Below are positions 37,835-51,129 of a DNA stretch of 64,000 nucleotides, piece by piece. This stretch comes from Anolis carolinensis (Eukaryota): contig NC_085841.1 in the NCBI RefSeq assembly GCF_035594765.1, positions 115,739,574-115,803,573 on the forward strand, read 5' to 3'. Every line of letters starts with the position of its first letter. Within the stretch, counting starts at the first letter, position 1. The notes under the pieces are model-generated. The model saw only the letters and a list, made by a program, of their open reading frames with translations, searched no databases and was not told the DNA's origin. The position numbers and the translations under genes are program-made.

Positions 37835-38290
37835 ACAGGCTGAGCATCCCTTATCCAGAAATCTGAAATACTCCAAAATCCGTCCACTTGGATGGCTGAG
37901 ATAGTGATAACTTTGCTTTCAATGTAAACACATTTTGTTTCATGTTCAAAATTACTTAAAATACTGTATAAAATTGCTTTCAGGCAATGTGTACAGTGTG
38001 CATACGAAGCATAAATGAATTTCATGTTTAGACTGGAGTTCCATCTCCAAAATATTTCATTATGTATGTAAATGCAAGTACAAGTATTTCAAAATCCCCC
38101 AAAAGAAAAACACTGCCATATAATCCAGATTATCAAAGCAGATAATTCACATTATGTGCTTTGAACTGGATTATATGAGTCGACACTGCCAGGTAATCCA
38201 GTTCAAAGTTGGATTGTTATATGGCAGTCTAGAAGGGACCTGAAATCCAAAAGACTTCTGAAGTATTTCGGATAGGGAATACTCAACCTG
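37835..38290. mobile_element. Tigger-like MITE with nested Harbinger MITE
   Basis: TA-CAGGCTGAGCATCCC ... GGGAATACTCAACCTG-TA; related pieces at 42040-42295 and 51063-51445. Confidence 0.7.
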
Positions 38291-38296
38291 TACAGC

Positions 38297-38618
38297 GGAG
38301 CTCCTGATGGTGCAGTGGGTTAAACCGCTGAGCTACTGAACTTGCTGATGGAAAGGTCAGCAGTTCGAATTTAGGGAATGGAGTGAGCTCCTACTGTTAG
38401 CCCCAGCTTCTGCCAACCTAGCAGTTAGAAAACATGCAAATGTGAGTAGATCCATAGGTACTGCTTTGGCGGGAAGGTAACGGCACTCCATGCAGTCATA
38501 GCGGCCACATGACCTTGGACAACGCCGACTCTTCGGCTTAGAAATGGAGATGAGCACCAACCCCCAGAGTCGGACATGACTAGACTTAATGTCAGGGGAA
38601 AACTTTTACCTAACCTAA
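38297..38618 (+). mobile_element. Sauria SINE
   Basis: tRNA head GGAGCTCCTGATGGTGCAGTGG; Sauria body and tail. Confidence 0.85.
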
Positions 38619-39674
38619 ACTGTAAAGTGAAAAATGATTCATGTACATATATGCTCTTTCAATATTTTAAGGTGACAGTTGCTTTGATCTTTGTTTGCAA
38701 AGGACAAGCAGTTCAATCAATGTGTTTTCATTGATAAAGTGGAAACAGATGGGATTTGTTTCTGATAGGATCTCTAATTAAAATATAAGCATTCATTACA
38801 ATTGTTTTTTTAATACCACCACCACCACCTGGATCTCAACTTGCATATGTAAAGTTTATATAGCAAAAGTCTTGATAATATAGGCACAACAGGAAAGTAG
38901 TCAGTTTTTTTTGTGATGGACCAGATAGATAAGATCAATTGGCTCTATTGAGCAGACAACAGCTATGATAGAGTTACAGCCGGAAGCCCTTTGTTTCTTT
39001 TTTGCATTCATGGGTTATCATTGTTTTTTAAATTAAACATGCTATTATCCTGAGCCCACTTACCTAGGATTGAGTTTGAATAAATTCAGCAGTACTTCTG
39101 GGTAAACCTGTATGTGGTATAAGGTTACCAGATTTTTCTGACAGCAATATGGCAACACTTTCTGTTGCCCATCCAAATCAAGATTGGCCAATATGTAAGA
39201 GATAGGCCTATATAAAACCACTGCAAGAGGAGAATATCAGGTTTAGACTTGATGTAGGATTTACTCATATGCTACTCAATCTTCTGTAAAGCTGAGAGCA
39301 GGAACAATAGGTGCTAACTGGAACCACAACAGATGAACACCTTTCTGAGACCATTTTGCTGAGTTTGATCATGGCAAACGCCAGCTTTGTTAACACCAGA
39401 CCTAGAGTGTGTCGATACCGTAAAATTAATGCAGTTTGAACACTACTTTAACTGCCAGAGTTCAATGCCATGGAATCATAGGAGTTGTCATTTTACAAGG
39501 GCCTCCACAGCAAGACATGGTCACAAGCTACTTCCTCCAATGGTGAATCTTAGTGTTTGTTCTTACTGTGTGTCTAACAACACTTTCATAGTCACGCATT
39601 GAAACATTAATGTTTTGCTTTGCATCAAAAGATCTTTAGTCTCACTATCAATGTGGTGCTGATATGAGACCACA

Positions 39675-42035
39675 GAATCATAGAATCATGGTGTTGGAAG
39701 AGACCACATGGGCCATCTAGTCCAACCCCCTGCCATGTAGGAAAAGCACAGAGTATCCATGACAGATGGCCATCCAACCTCTGTTTAAAAGCTTCCAAGG
39801 GAGGAGCTTCTGCTACACACCGAGGCAGAGAGTTCTACTGGTGAGTAGCTCTTACAGTCAGGAAGTTCTTCCTAATGTTCAGATAGAGACTCCTTTCCTG
39901 TAATTTGAACCCATTACTCCGAGTCCTAGTTTCCAGAACAGCAGAAAACAAGCCTGCTCCCACTTTCTTATGACATCCTTTCACATATTTATTTATACAT
40001 GGCTATCATGTCTCCTCTTAACCTTCTCTTCTGCAGGCTAAACATACCCAGCTCTTTAAGACTCTCCTCATAGGGCATGTCTTCAGACCTTTGATCATTT
40101 TAGTTGCCTTCCTCTGCACACCTTCCAGCTTGTCAATATCTCTCTTGAATTGTGGTGCCCAGAATTGGACACAGTATTCCAGGTGAGGTCTAACCAAAGC
40201 AGAATGCAAAGGCTTGACTTCCCTTGATCTAGACACTAGACTCCTAATGCAGCCCAAAATTCCATTGGCTTTTCAGTTGCTGCATTACACGTTCAACTTG
40301 TTGTCCATGAAGTCTCTAAGATCTTTCTGTGAGTCAAAGGCCAAAACACCTGGGGATCCACAGGTTGAGAACCACTGATCTAAGTCATTAATAAAGATAT
40401 TGAATAGTAATAGTACTGGGCCCAGGACCGAACCCTGCGGCACTCCACTAGTCACTTCTTTCCAGGATGAAGAGGAACCATTTGTGAGCACCTTCTGAGT
40501 TCAGTCGTTTAACCAATTACAGATCCACCTGGCAGTAGCATTGTCTAGATTGTTTGCAAGAAGGTCATGGGGTACCTTGTCGAAGGCCTTACTGAAATCA
40601 AGATACCCTACATCCACAGCATTCCCTGCATTTACCAAGCTTGTAATTATCGAAAAAGAGGAAAGATTAGTCTGGCATGATTTGTTTTTGAGAAGTCCAT
40701 GTTGACTTTTAGTAATCACAGCCTTCCTGTCTAAGTGATTGCAGACTGCTTCCTTAATGATCTGCTCCAGAATTTTTCCTGTTATTGATGTCAGGCTGAC
40801 TGTATGATAATTGTGTGGGTCCTCTTTTTCCCCTTTTGAAGATAGGAACAACATCTGCCCTCCTCCAGTCTTCTGGGACTTCTCTTGTTCTCCAAGAATT
40901 TTCAAAGATGGTTCTGAAATGACTTCTGCTAGTTCCTTTAATACTCTTGGATGTAGTTCATCTAGCCCTGGAGATGTGAATTCATTTAGAATAGCCAGGT
41001 ATTCCTGCTTCTTTACCTATTACCTCATCTGCTCCATATTGCTCAGGTTGAACACCAGTCTCTTTGGGAGAAGACTGAGGCAAAAGAGGTGTTGAGCAGC
41101 TCTGCCTTTTCCCTATCCCGTTAGCATTTCACCACCTTCTCCACACAGACATCCTACCATTTCCTTTTTCTTCCTTTTTCTACCGACATAACCAAAGAAC
41201 CTTTAAAAAAATGGTTTTAATCTTTTTGACAAGCATGAGCTCATTTTACGCCATAGTCTTGCAAACCTTTTCCCTACATATGTTGACTATTTGTTGGAAT
41301 TCCTCTTTGGTGATTCCCCGCTTTTCCGTTTCTGGCGCATGTCTCTTTTAAACTGTAGCTCAGCTAAAAGTTCTTTGGACATCCATTCAGGTTATTTTAC
41401 ACTTCTCCTATTTTTTCTCCTTGTTGGCACTGTTTGCAAATGTGCCTTCAGTATCTCACTTTTAAGAAACTCCCATCTATCATTATCTCCCTTTTCTTTC
41501 AGTATTCCTGTCCATAGAATCACACTCAGTATTTCCTTAAATTTCCTGAAGTCAGCTCTCCTAAAGTCTGAAATGCATATTTGACTTCTCTTAGTTCCCC
41601 CTTTCTTTGTATCACAAACTCCAGGAGAATATGGTCACTCCCACCTAAGGATACCACCACTTCTGCTCCATTGACCAGATCCTTAGTGATGGTTAGGATC
41701 AGATCCCCTTGTTGCCTCTTCTATCTTCTGGATAATAAAATTTTCTGCAAGGCAAGTGAGGAATTTGTTGAACTTTGTACTCTTGGCAAGGTTTGTTTTC
41801 CAACAAATGTCAGAGGAGATGAAATCACCCATTACTACTATACATCTCAGTGGTTCTCAACCTGTGGGTCCCCAGATGTTTTGGCCTTCAACTCCCAGAA
41901 ATCTTAACAGCTGATAAAGCCCACAGCTGGCTGGGATTTCTGGGAGTTGTAAGCCAAAACACCTGGGGACCCACAGGTTGAGAAACACTGAGATATCTTC
42001 TTTCTGCATGTTGGTCATCTGGTCAAGACTTCATC
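39675..42035 (-). mobile_element. Decayed CR1 LINE (endonuclease end to 3' UTR)
   Basis: [38 protein letters not shown]; (ATTCTATG)n tail; frameshifts and deletions. Confidence 0.92.
41848..41990. mobile_element. hAT MITE with SPIN-like TIRs nested in CR1
   Basis: TIR CAGTGGTTCTCAACCTGTGGGTC; degenerate 8-bp TSD ATACATCT / AGATATCT; half copy at 40330-40377. Confidence 0.75.
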
Positions 42036-44083
42036 CCCCAAATATCCAGAATTGCAAAAAAAAATATATATCTACATGGTTGATTGAAATAGTGACACCT
42101 TGTAAATAAACTTTTGTGTCATGCACAAACTTATTTAAAAATATTATGTATAAATGAACTTCAGGCTAAGGTGTACATGAAGCATACATGAATTTTATTT
42201 TAGATTTGTACATATATGGAAATACAGGTATTCCAAAATCCAAAAAAATCCCAAACACTTCTGGTGCCCAGCATTTCAGATAAATGATACTCAGTTAACA
42301 GTGTTAGATTAATGTGGGATCCTACAGACCTTACTCAGCAACAACTGACAGCTGAAGACATAAACACTATCAAGCATAAATATGGATGAATAGGCAAAGA
42401 TTTTCATACATTCATTCACTTGTAAAAGAAATAGTTGGTGCATGTCTGGGCTGATGGAAGTATACGTATACCCCCAAGGAGGACGTTCCTGTGATCACAA
42501 TTACAAGTACATTTATATACTTATTTTATGTTATGTGGCTTTGTATTCTGCTTTTTCTTAACAACCCTGGCATCTAATGATTTTATCCAATTTGAACATA
42601 TGCATGGTTTTAACTACTTTGAATATATAGTCTAAAATATTTGGATCATAAATTATATTTTTATATACATTTTAATATTTTTCTTAAACACAGATTTTTA
42701 TTTTTACCTCTCTGAAATTTTTGCCTGGGAAATGAATCAATAATCAATCAATTGATTGATTATGTTAATAGATTCTCACTGGGCAGAAGAAAGGAAAAAC
42801 ACAGGAGGGCTGTGAACAGAAGATTAGCTCATTTGGTCCTCTGGCAAACGTCCACGAATGAGTCAGTTTGATTACACAGTAAATATCTTGTCCAGAAGCA
42901 CCCTTTCATAGGAAGCTGCTTTGCAAGACAAACAGGGAATAAGCAAAGCAATACAGTCCAATGATTTAAGCTGTCTAGTTCAGTATTGTTGAGAATGATT
43001 AACAGTCATTTTGTCAACTAGAGTTTCAATTTTTCTTCATCTTACAGGAAGAACCCAACAACTGAAAATGGAAAAGATCTCAACGATTGAAACAGATACA
43101 TCACTGTGCTGCACCACCTTCCTTTGCGCACTCAAAGTAAATGACACACCAGCTGGGAGGATTGTTTACACAATTGTGGTTCTTTGCATGTACTCTTTCT
43201 TTATGAATTCTCATATTTCTTTCCTTGGTGCATCATGAAAAGATACACACACCAAAAGCAGCATTGGGAAAACTATGAAAAGCAGTAGAGAAATATTTTA
43301 TTCACTTATAGAAATAAATTAGAAGTAGGCTCTGAGATGGATACTTTTTATTATTAGCCCTGTACATTTGTAACATGTGTATTCATATTTATTTATTGGT
43401 TTAGGGGCCAATTCCTTTTAATGGAGCATTTTGTTTTCTGACACCCGTACGTCACGGGAAGATATGAGTCTAGGCACCAAACAAGGGATGGAGATGGGCC
43501 CGAGAACTGATTATGCCCTGACATACAGAGCAGTATCCACATAATTTGTCCATCCCCTGCAGTGCAGCTGCACTGTAGTTTGGCACTACTTTAATTGCCA
43601 TGGCAATGCTATGGAATCATGGGAACTGTAGTCTTGCAAGATGCTTGACATTCTTTGCCACAGAGTGCTGGTACCTTGCCAAACTACGACTTCCAGGATT
43701 CCACAGTCTTAGAGAGTTTTGTCCATTCTGGAAGAAAACTACTCTTTCCACCATGGGGTTGCTTCTGGCTTTTTTGAACGCCGGGAAGAGAAATGGCAGC
43801 AGTGCTCAGGGCAACTGTCCTGCTGTGTTGGCCTTGGTGCTTTCCCTAATCAGAGAAATGATTCTCAAGTTATTCACAGATCATCTGTAATTTTGCCCCC
43901 AAAACCTACATTGACATATACATGAGACTGACTTATACATGAGTATATGCAGTAAATTAAACATGTAAACAAAACATTCAATGTTAAATCCTCCTTTGTA
44001 GTCCTCCTCCTCCTTCTGTCTCCTTTTTTTTACCACAGCCACCCACACACATCTGCTATGATGGAATAGCAACTCCATGATTT

Positions 44084-44862
44084 GTTTGCTTGGTTGCATA
44101 CTGCAAGTTGCTTCTGGTGTGAAAGAATCAGCCATCTACAAAGACATTGCTCAGGGGATTCCTGGATGTGTTACTATCCTGCGGGGAAGCTTCTCTCATG
44201 TCCACAGTGGATGTGGCTCTTAATGAGACATACCACATTATCACAGGATGCCTATGCCCAACACTGCTTGAGAAGTTATACTATTTGGCCGGTATTGCAT
44301 CACCTGATATTCGCTGGGAAGTAGCAGCTAGCAATGAAAGGACAAATGCATTGACATCTCCGGCCCATCCTCTGTTTGGATATCAGCCAGCAAAATCAAG
44401 AAATAGCTTTCTAAGATCTACAGAGATACTAGCAGGAACACCTCAGCAAGTGAGAGTCCAAAAGTGGCAGGCTAAAACTTGGAACCTCAAACCATGGCTG
44501 ATACCAGATGAGAAACTCCCTCCTAGGTACACAGAAGACTGGGTGACTTTGAAGGCACTGAAGAGATTGCGCTCTGGTATCATGAGATGCAGAGCTAGTC
44601 TTAAGAAATAGGGCTACAAAGTGGAATCCACAACATGCGAGTGTGTAGAAGGGCAAACCACAGACCACCTACTACAATGCAGTCTGAGCTCTGCCACATG
44701 CACAATGGAGGACCTTCTCACCGTGACACCAGAGGCACTTGAAGTGGCCAGCTTTTGGTCAAAGGAAATCTAGCATAATGCCAAGTTTTTAACTTGGTTT
44801 GTGGTGTTTTATCTATTATAGCTGTGTTCTCAATTTGCTTCTCACACAATAAATAAATAAGG
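44084..44862 (+). mobile_element. Vingi (Ingi/I-group) LINE: inverted 5' end plus sense 3' end
   Basis: TVDVALNETYHIITGCLCPTLLEKLYYLAGIASPDIR; C-terminal Cys/His motif; (AAAT)n tail; flanking TCCATGATTT repeat. Confidence 0.75.
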
Positions 44863-44986
44863 TCCATGATTTTTTAATGCTTGTACTAAGATTCCTCTGT
44901 GTGGAAGACCCTCCAAAGAAACTTCATTGCTGACTAGGAGCTGGAGGCCAAGCCACACCCACTGTCTTCTGTGCCACAGAGCCTTT

Positions 44987-45570
44987 CGAAATGCAAGATA
45001 CTCCACTTAGGCAGAAAAAATGAAATGCAAAGATCCAGAATAGGGGGGGGGGGGGCTTGGCTTGACAGCAGTACGGGTGGAAAGGATCTTGGAGTCCTCG
45101 TGGACAACAAGTTAAACATGAGCCAACAATGTGATGCAGTGGCTAAAAAAGCCTGGAGAACAAGCCCTATGAGGAGCAGCTTAAAGAGCTGGGAATGTTT
45201 AGCCTGCAGAAAAGAAGGCTGAGAGGAGACATGAAGAGGCCCATGTATAAATATGTGAGGGGATGTCATAGGGAGGAGGGAGCAAGCTTGTTTTCTGCTG
45301 CCCCGGAGACTAGGACACGGAACAATGGCTTTAAACTACAGAAAAGGAGATTCCACCTGAACATCAGGAAGAACTTCCTCACTGTGAGAGCTGTTCTGTA
45401 GAGGCACTCTCTGCCCCAGAGTGTGGTGGAGGTTCCTTCTTTGAAGGCTTTTAAGCAGAGGCTGGATGGCCATCTGTCAGGGGTGCTTTGAATGTGTTTT
45501 TCCTGCTCATTGGCAGGGGGTTGGACTTAATGGCCCATGAGGTCTCTTCCAACTCTAGGATTCTATGATT
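44987..45570 (+). mobile_element. CR1 LINE 3' fragment with internal deletion
   Basis: [39 protein letters not shown]; ATTCTATGATTC tail. Confidence 0.9.
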
Positions 45571-46854
45571 CCCCTTTGCTGGAAGAACTTCCAAACAATG
45601 TTCCAGGGCTGGAAAGCCCAAGCATATTTGTTCTGCTATTTAAAATACAGAAGTTCAGCAGCAATGTGTCTGTTGCTTGGGACTTTTGCTTTGAGTTTCT
45701 GTTTTCTCTGACACTCTGGAGAACAGGAGACATGTGGTGTGCCTCATTTGAATAGTATGCTAAAAGAAATGATCAGGTTACACCTGTTTAGGTTACACTG
45801 CCTAGGGAACCGTTGGAGTCACTTTCCGAGACCTGAAGCTGTAAAACTCCCTTTCTGAGAAGACAAAACATTACTTTTTAATGATACCAGAAACCCGCTG
45901 TGCTCTCTGACAACCACTTGCTGTTATACAGGTACGTCTGTTTCCCACTTAATCTTAAACAACATGTAAATGCCTTTTTTATTAAACAGCATGACAGTGA
46001 AATTGCCTTTTGGATTCTAAGTACTTCAAATTCAACAAAAATAGCCTTGTTAGAAAATGAATAAATTGTCAGGAAATAGCAGTGAAGAGGGTTGGCTGAA
46101 GAAAGAGGCAAAAGCCTCGCCATACTGGAGGGTAAAATCCACCTGACTTTGATAGTTGGTTGATGTGGGACTTTCAGATGAATCTCCAACCCAACATTAT
46201 CTGCTACAATATTTTTCCTATGACAGTTACTTTAAAACTTTTAAAATATTCATGCCACAGTAACATTTGTTCATCTGTTATTTTTAGCATCCTCACATAT
46301 CCCACCAAAAGAGCGTTTGGAGTGAACTAGATAACATGGAGAAGGTGCAACAATGGTAATATATATTTCTGGGTGTAAAAATGTGCACATTTGTAAAAGG
46401 TGCATGTATTGAGGAGGATAGCCAACTGGATTTAGTATGTCCACAATTGTCACCCAGTGGTTCACTCAAAGAGCTTGTCAAAATTAGCTTTTTGGACCAC
46501 AAGTCTCAACATCCCACAGTCAGAAGATTCTGAAAGTCAAGAGTCCACATAAAGGAATTTCTAAAGTTGACCACTAATAAACCATATCTATATTGCCAAT
46601 AACTTTAGGATGATTCACTATGTCAGTCATTAGATGGAGGAACAGAAGGAAAGTGAAAGAAATGTAAGTAGAAATAAAAAGTATAGAGACAGAAAGATGA
46701 AAGAGAGAGAAAAAGGAGTGCAAGTGTTAAAATGAGATCGAAGATAAATGGTTTGAAATGGGTTCCATGTTTAATACCCTGGGAAGGTATCTTTTTTGCC
46801 TTTCATTGCAAGTTAGAAGGGAACACTATGAAGGTACAGATTCTCTAATGAATA

Positions 46855-47740
46855 GTGGATTGCTGTGAGATTTCCGGGCTGTAGGGTCATGTTACAGAAG
46901 CATTCTCTCCTGAAATTTCACCCACATCTATGGCAGGTATCCTCAGAGGTTGTAAGGTATATTGGAAACTAAGCAAGGGAGATTTCTATATCTGTGGAAG
47001 GTCCAGGGTGGGAGAAAGAACTCTTGTCTGTTTGAGGCAAGTGGGAATGTTGTAATTAATCACATTGATTAACATTTAATGGTCTTGCAGCTCCAGGCCT
47101 GGCTAATTCCTGCCTGGGGGGATCCTTTGTTGGGAGTTATTAGCTGGCCCTGATTGTTTCATGTCTGGAATTCCCCTGTTTTCAGAGTGTTGTTCTTTAT
47201 TGTCCTGATTTTAGAATTTTTTAATACTGGTAGCCAGATTTTATTCATTTTCATGGTTTCCTCCTTTCTGTTGAAATTGTCCACATGCTTGTGGATTTCA
47301 GTGGCTTCTCTGTGACATGGTGGTTGTTAGAGTGGTCCAGTATTTCTGTGTTCTCAAATAACATCTGTGTCCAGCTTGGTCCATCAAGTGCTCTGCTATG
47401 GCTGATTTCTCTAGTTGATTTAGTCTGCAGTGCCTTTCATGTTCCTTGGTTCGTATCTGGGCAAGGCTGCGTTTTGTGGTCCCTATGTAGACTTGCCCAC
47501 AGCTGCATGGTATACGGTAGACTCCTCCAAAGCTGAGAGGATCCCTCTTGTTCTTTGCTAAATGTAGCATTTGTTGGATTTTCTCAGTGGGTCTGTAGAT
47601 AGTTTGTAGGTTGTGTTTCTTTATCAGCTTGCCTATGCGGTCAGTGGTTCCCTTGATGTATGGTAAGAACACTTTTCCTCTGGGTGGATCTTTGTTTTTA
47701 CTCTCCTGGCTTACTCTTGGCCTTGCAGATCTAATGAATA
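46855..47740 (-). mobile_element. Penelope-like element 3' part with GIY-YIG endonuclease
   Basis: LPYIKGTTDRIGK...GVYRIPCSCGQVYIGTTKR...KEHER; frameshifted; runs into the assembly gap. Confidence 0.9.
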
Positions 47741-47759
47741 TATTGTAGTAGGAGAAGCT

Positions 47760-47926
47760 NNNNNNNNNNNNNNNNNNNNNNNNNNNNNNNNNNNNNNNNN
47801 NNNNNNNNNNNNNNNNNNNNNNNNNNNNNNNNNNNNNNNNNNNNNNNNNNNNNNNNNNNNNNNNNNNNNNNNNNNNNNNNNNNNNNNNNNNNNNNNNNNN
47901 NNNNNNNNNNNNNNNNNNNNNNNNNN
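47760..47926. other. Assembly gap (N run)
   Basis: 167 N. Confidence 1.
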
Positions 47927-48860
47927 GTTTAGACTCCTTCAAACAAATGGGAATTCACAGAGCTTGTTAAAGATAATGGGGGTAAAAGTTGCCATTTGTG
48001 TCAGACAAGATTTGCATTAGAGCTGTGCTATTACCAAGAGTTTTCAATACATTTTCAAGGAGGGCACGTTATGAACGGTTGGTTGCTACAACACTGCTGA
48101 GTATAATTGAAGCTGGAAAAATATCCCCTCTGAAAACTCTCATTCAGTGAAAACCTGGCATGGAGTGGGTGAAGAGCTGGGTATACGTGGGCAAGGTTTA
48201 TAGGGAGAAACATTACACAGACATTTCTAGGAAGGTAGCTATGTTAGTCTGCCATTGCAAAAACAACAGCCTAAAGCTAGAGATGAAGAGATTTCATTTG
48301 GGCATAGGTTTTTTTTAATGAATTCAGTCCATTTTGTCATATGCAATCTGATGAAGTGTGCTGGCGTTCATGAGAGCATATGCCTAATAAGATCCCATAA
48401 TCAGAATTCTTACACATTTCCCCATTTTAGAAACTGCAGCTCAGTGTATTTTTAGCTTTCTTTAAAAGGGCACTTTGTGTCCCTGTTGCACTTCCCCAAG
48501 CCTTTCAACAGCATGGCAGCATAGCACACAGAGCAGCAGCCACTCCCTTGATTGTAAAGTTGTTATTTTATGCGCCTCATTACACTAGAGCATGAATCCA
48601 CTTTAAATCTGGTTTCTGCCTCCTGCAGAATTCTGGGGTTTGTAGTTTGGTGAAGCCCAGAACCTGTTTCGCTGAGCCGTTAAAAGCCCCCTCCCTAAAG
48701 TGGATTTAAAGTGGATCCAAGCTCTAATGTGATGAGGTCCTAAGACATAAAAAGACTTACGATGTGCATGTCCAGGTATACTCAATGGCAAACTTCTCTA
48801 TCCATAAAGTGTAATGCAGCCTTTTCACCAATCCCTGCTAAATTTACACTTCTAACGTGA

Positions 48861-49005
48861 TCATAGAATCATAGAATAGTAGAGTTGGAAGAGACCTCAT
48901 GGGTCATCCAGGCCAACCCTCTGGCAAGAAGCAGGAAATCGCATTCAAAGCACCCCCGACAGATGGCCATCCAGCCTCTGCATAAAAGCCTCCAAAGAAG
49001 GAGAT
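48861..49005 (-). mobile_element. CR1 3' UTR fragment
   Basis: ATCATAGAATCATAGAAT tail. Confidence 0.85.
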
Positions 49006-49011
49006 GACACT

Positions 49012-49276
49012 TTTTGTGTGTGTGTCAGGAGCAACTTGAGAAACTGCAAGTTGCTTCTGGTGTGAGAGGATTGGCCATCTGCAAGGACGTTGTCCAGGGG
49101 GATGCCCGGATGTTTAATGTTTTACCATCCTGTGGAAGGCTTCTTTCGTGTCCCTCTATGGGAAGCTGGAACTGACAGACGGGAGCTCACCCCACTCCCC
49201 GGATGCAAACCGCCGACCTTTCAGTCAGCAGTCCTGCCGGCACAAGGGTTTAGCTCATTGCGCCACCGGGGGCTCC
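49012..49276 (-). mobile_element. tRNA-headed Vingi-module SINE, full length
   Basis: Head GGAGCCCCCGGTGGCGCAATG; Vingi module; tail CTCCTGACAC(AC)n AAAA. Confidence 0.75.
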
Positions 49277-51129
49277 ACTTGATGGCACTGACAAAAGCCC
49301 CTAAGAAGGTTTGTTGCTCAGTTTTGCCCCACACGCTGATATTTTCTAATTTTCCTCTTATTTTAGTTTTCAAATAAATAAATAAATAAATAAATTCTAG
49401 ACTGGCCTGGACAACAGGGAACAAGTTTCTCCTTTATATTTCCAAGCACAATGGAAGTAATACAGAATCCCTTCCAGGCACCAAACTGGGCCAGGTTTCA
49501 GCAGGTGGAAGAGGGCAAATGGCCACGTTTGTGCATGGCTTTGGCATTTTAATGTGTTTTAAGGGGACAGGGAAGGAAGTAATCTGAAAATTGCACTAAA
49601 AAATTATATGGGCTTTGATAAGACTGGTGTGGGCTATCCCAGGCCCTGCAAACTACAGCTTGAAATAGGCTTTTAAAGAGAACAATGTCATAGCATTTAT
49701 TATTACTAGTATTTTTAGACTCTGAGCTTAATGATCTTAACTATCTCCCCTCTTCAAATGGTATTATATATTTCTAACTGGATATGAAAGTGCAGTAATC
49801 TTATCCACTGCTTTTTAAACTGTGAGTAACAACCTCAAATGGAGTCCCTTTAACTCAGTGTTGGGGTCACCAAAGCCCATTAACAGTAAAAGGTTTCTGA
49901 ATCCCACCCAGTTACACGAGTTTACAGTGGACTCTGCAGAAAATGCTTTCGCTGTACTCCTCAAAAAGGAAAATTAGCCTGCCTAGCAAATCTTGCAAAT
50001 TCCGATTTATTATCAGTAACTGTTTGACTTCTATACCTATTTTATATACCTGTATACCTTGGGTGACATTTAAAAACTTGGGCCAAAAGGAATTGCGAGT
50101 GCAAAAAGATTAAGAAACCCTGATCTAGTCTGGCTATGTTTTGGGAATCTTTCTAGTCATTCTGCCAAATGCAACCCAGCATCATAGGCTTTCCAGTAAG
50201 GATTTAGGGGATTCTGGGAGTTGTATCCAAAGAGCAACTCTTCTGAGATCTGTTCCTTATATGAAACAAGGGGACAATTCTGAATTGGGACATGTGTCCA
50301 TGGAACTGGCAACTGCTTGTTGCTGTCTGGCAAATTTTATTTATTTATTTATTTATTTGTGGTATTTATATACCGCCCTTCTCAACCTCAAAGGGAACTC
50401 AGGGCAGTTCACTCTGTTTGATGTAAAACACGAATGTCTGCTCTAGAAGTAGAATGACTAGGTTCTAAGATAGGATTATTTCCAGGAATCCAATCAACCT
50501 TGAACAAAAATGTAAGGCACATCCCTGTGACCAGAGTGAGCCAATGTCTTTTTTCATGACACCACGTTCTGCCCTGAAGAGCAGTTCCTCAATCCGCACT
50601 TGCCACTTTAGGGAGAAGTCCTGAGATGTTGGAAGGAAGAGGTGAAAATGTTGGCACTTTGAATTTTGGTCAGTTTTGCTGAGGCTTTAAGACAAGTATG
50701 TCCTACATGCTTTTTAAAAGTATGCATAACTAGGAGAGCCTGTATTACTTGTAATGTTTAACCTATTGAGTAACCATAAGAAACACGGTTCTTAAGCTTG
50801 ATTGCATTCTTAAGCTGCTCTTGGTTGGTTAGGTATCCATTCTCCAGTTCACATTGTTTATCGTGTAATAAGTTTCTTTTGTATTCAGGCAAGGGTGCAC
50901 TTGTGCTTTGGGTTTTATGTCTCTCGCTATTGCAGAGTCATTTTTTTTAATGCTTGGTCGCTCTTTATTATTTATATCACTATGTTTTGATCAAGGAGAT
51001 GACTGTACTGTGTGTCACTGGCCAGGACTGCCTGTAATGGCATGATGACATGAGTTACTAGTACAGGTTGTGTATCTCTTATCCAAAATGCTTGGGACCA
51101 GAAGTGGTTTTTTTTTTTAATATTTTTTG

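Noticed and set aside
47760-47942. 214-aa ORF spanning Ns
   Set aside because: Artefact of the assembly gap; only the Penelope GIY-YIG part is real.
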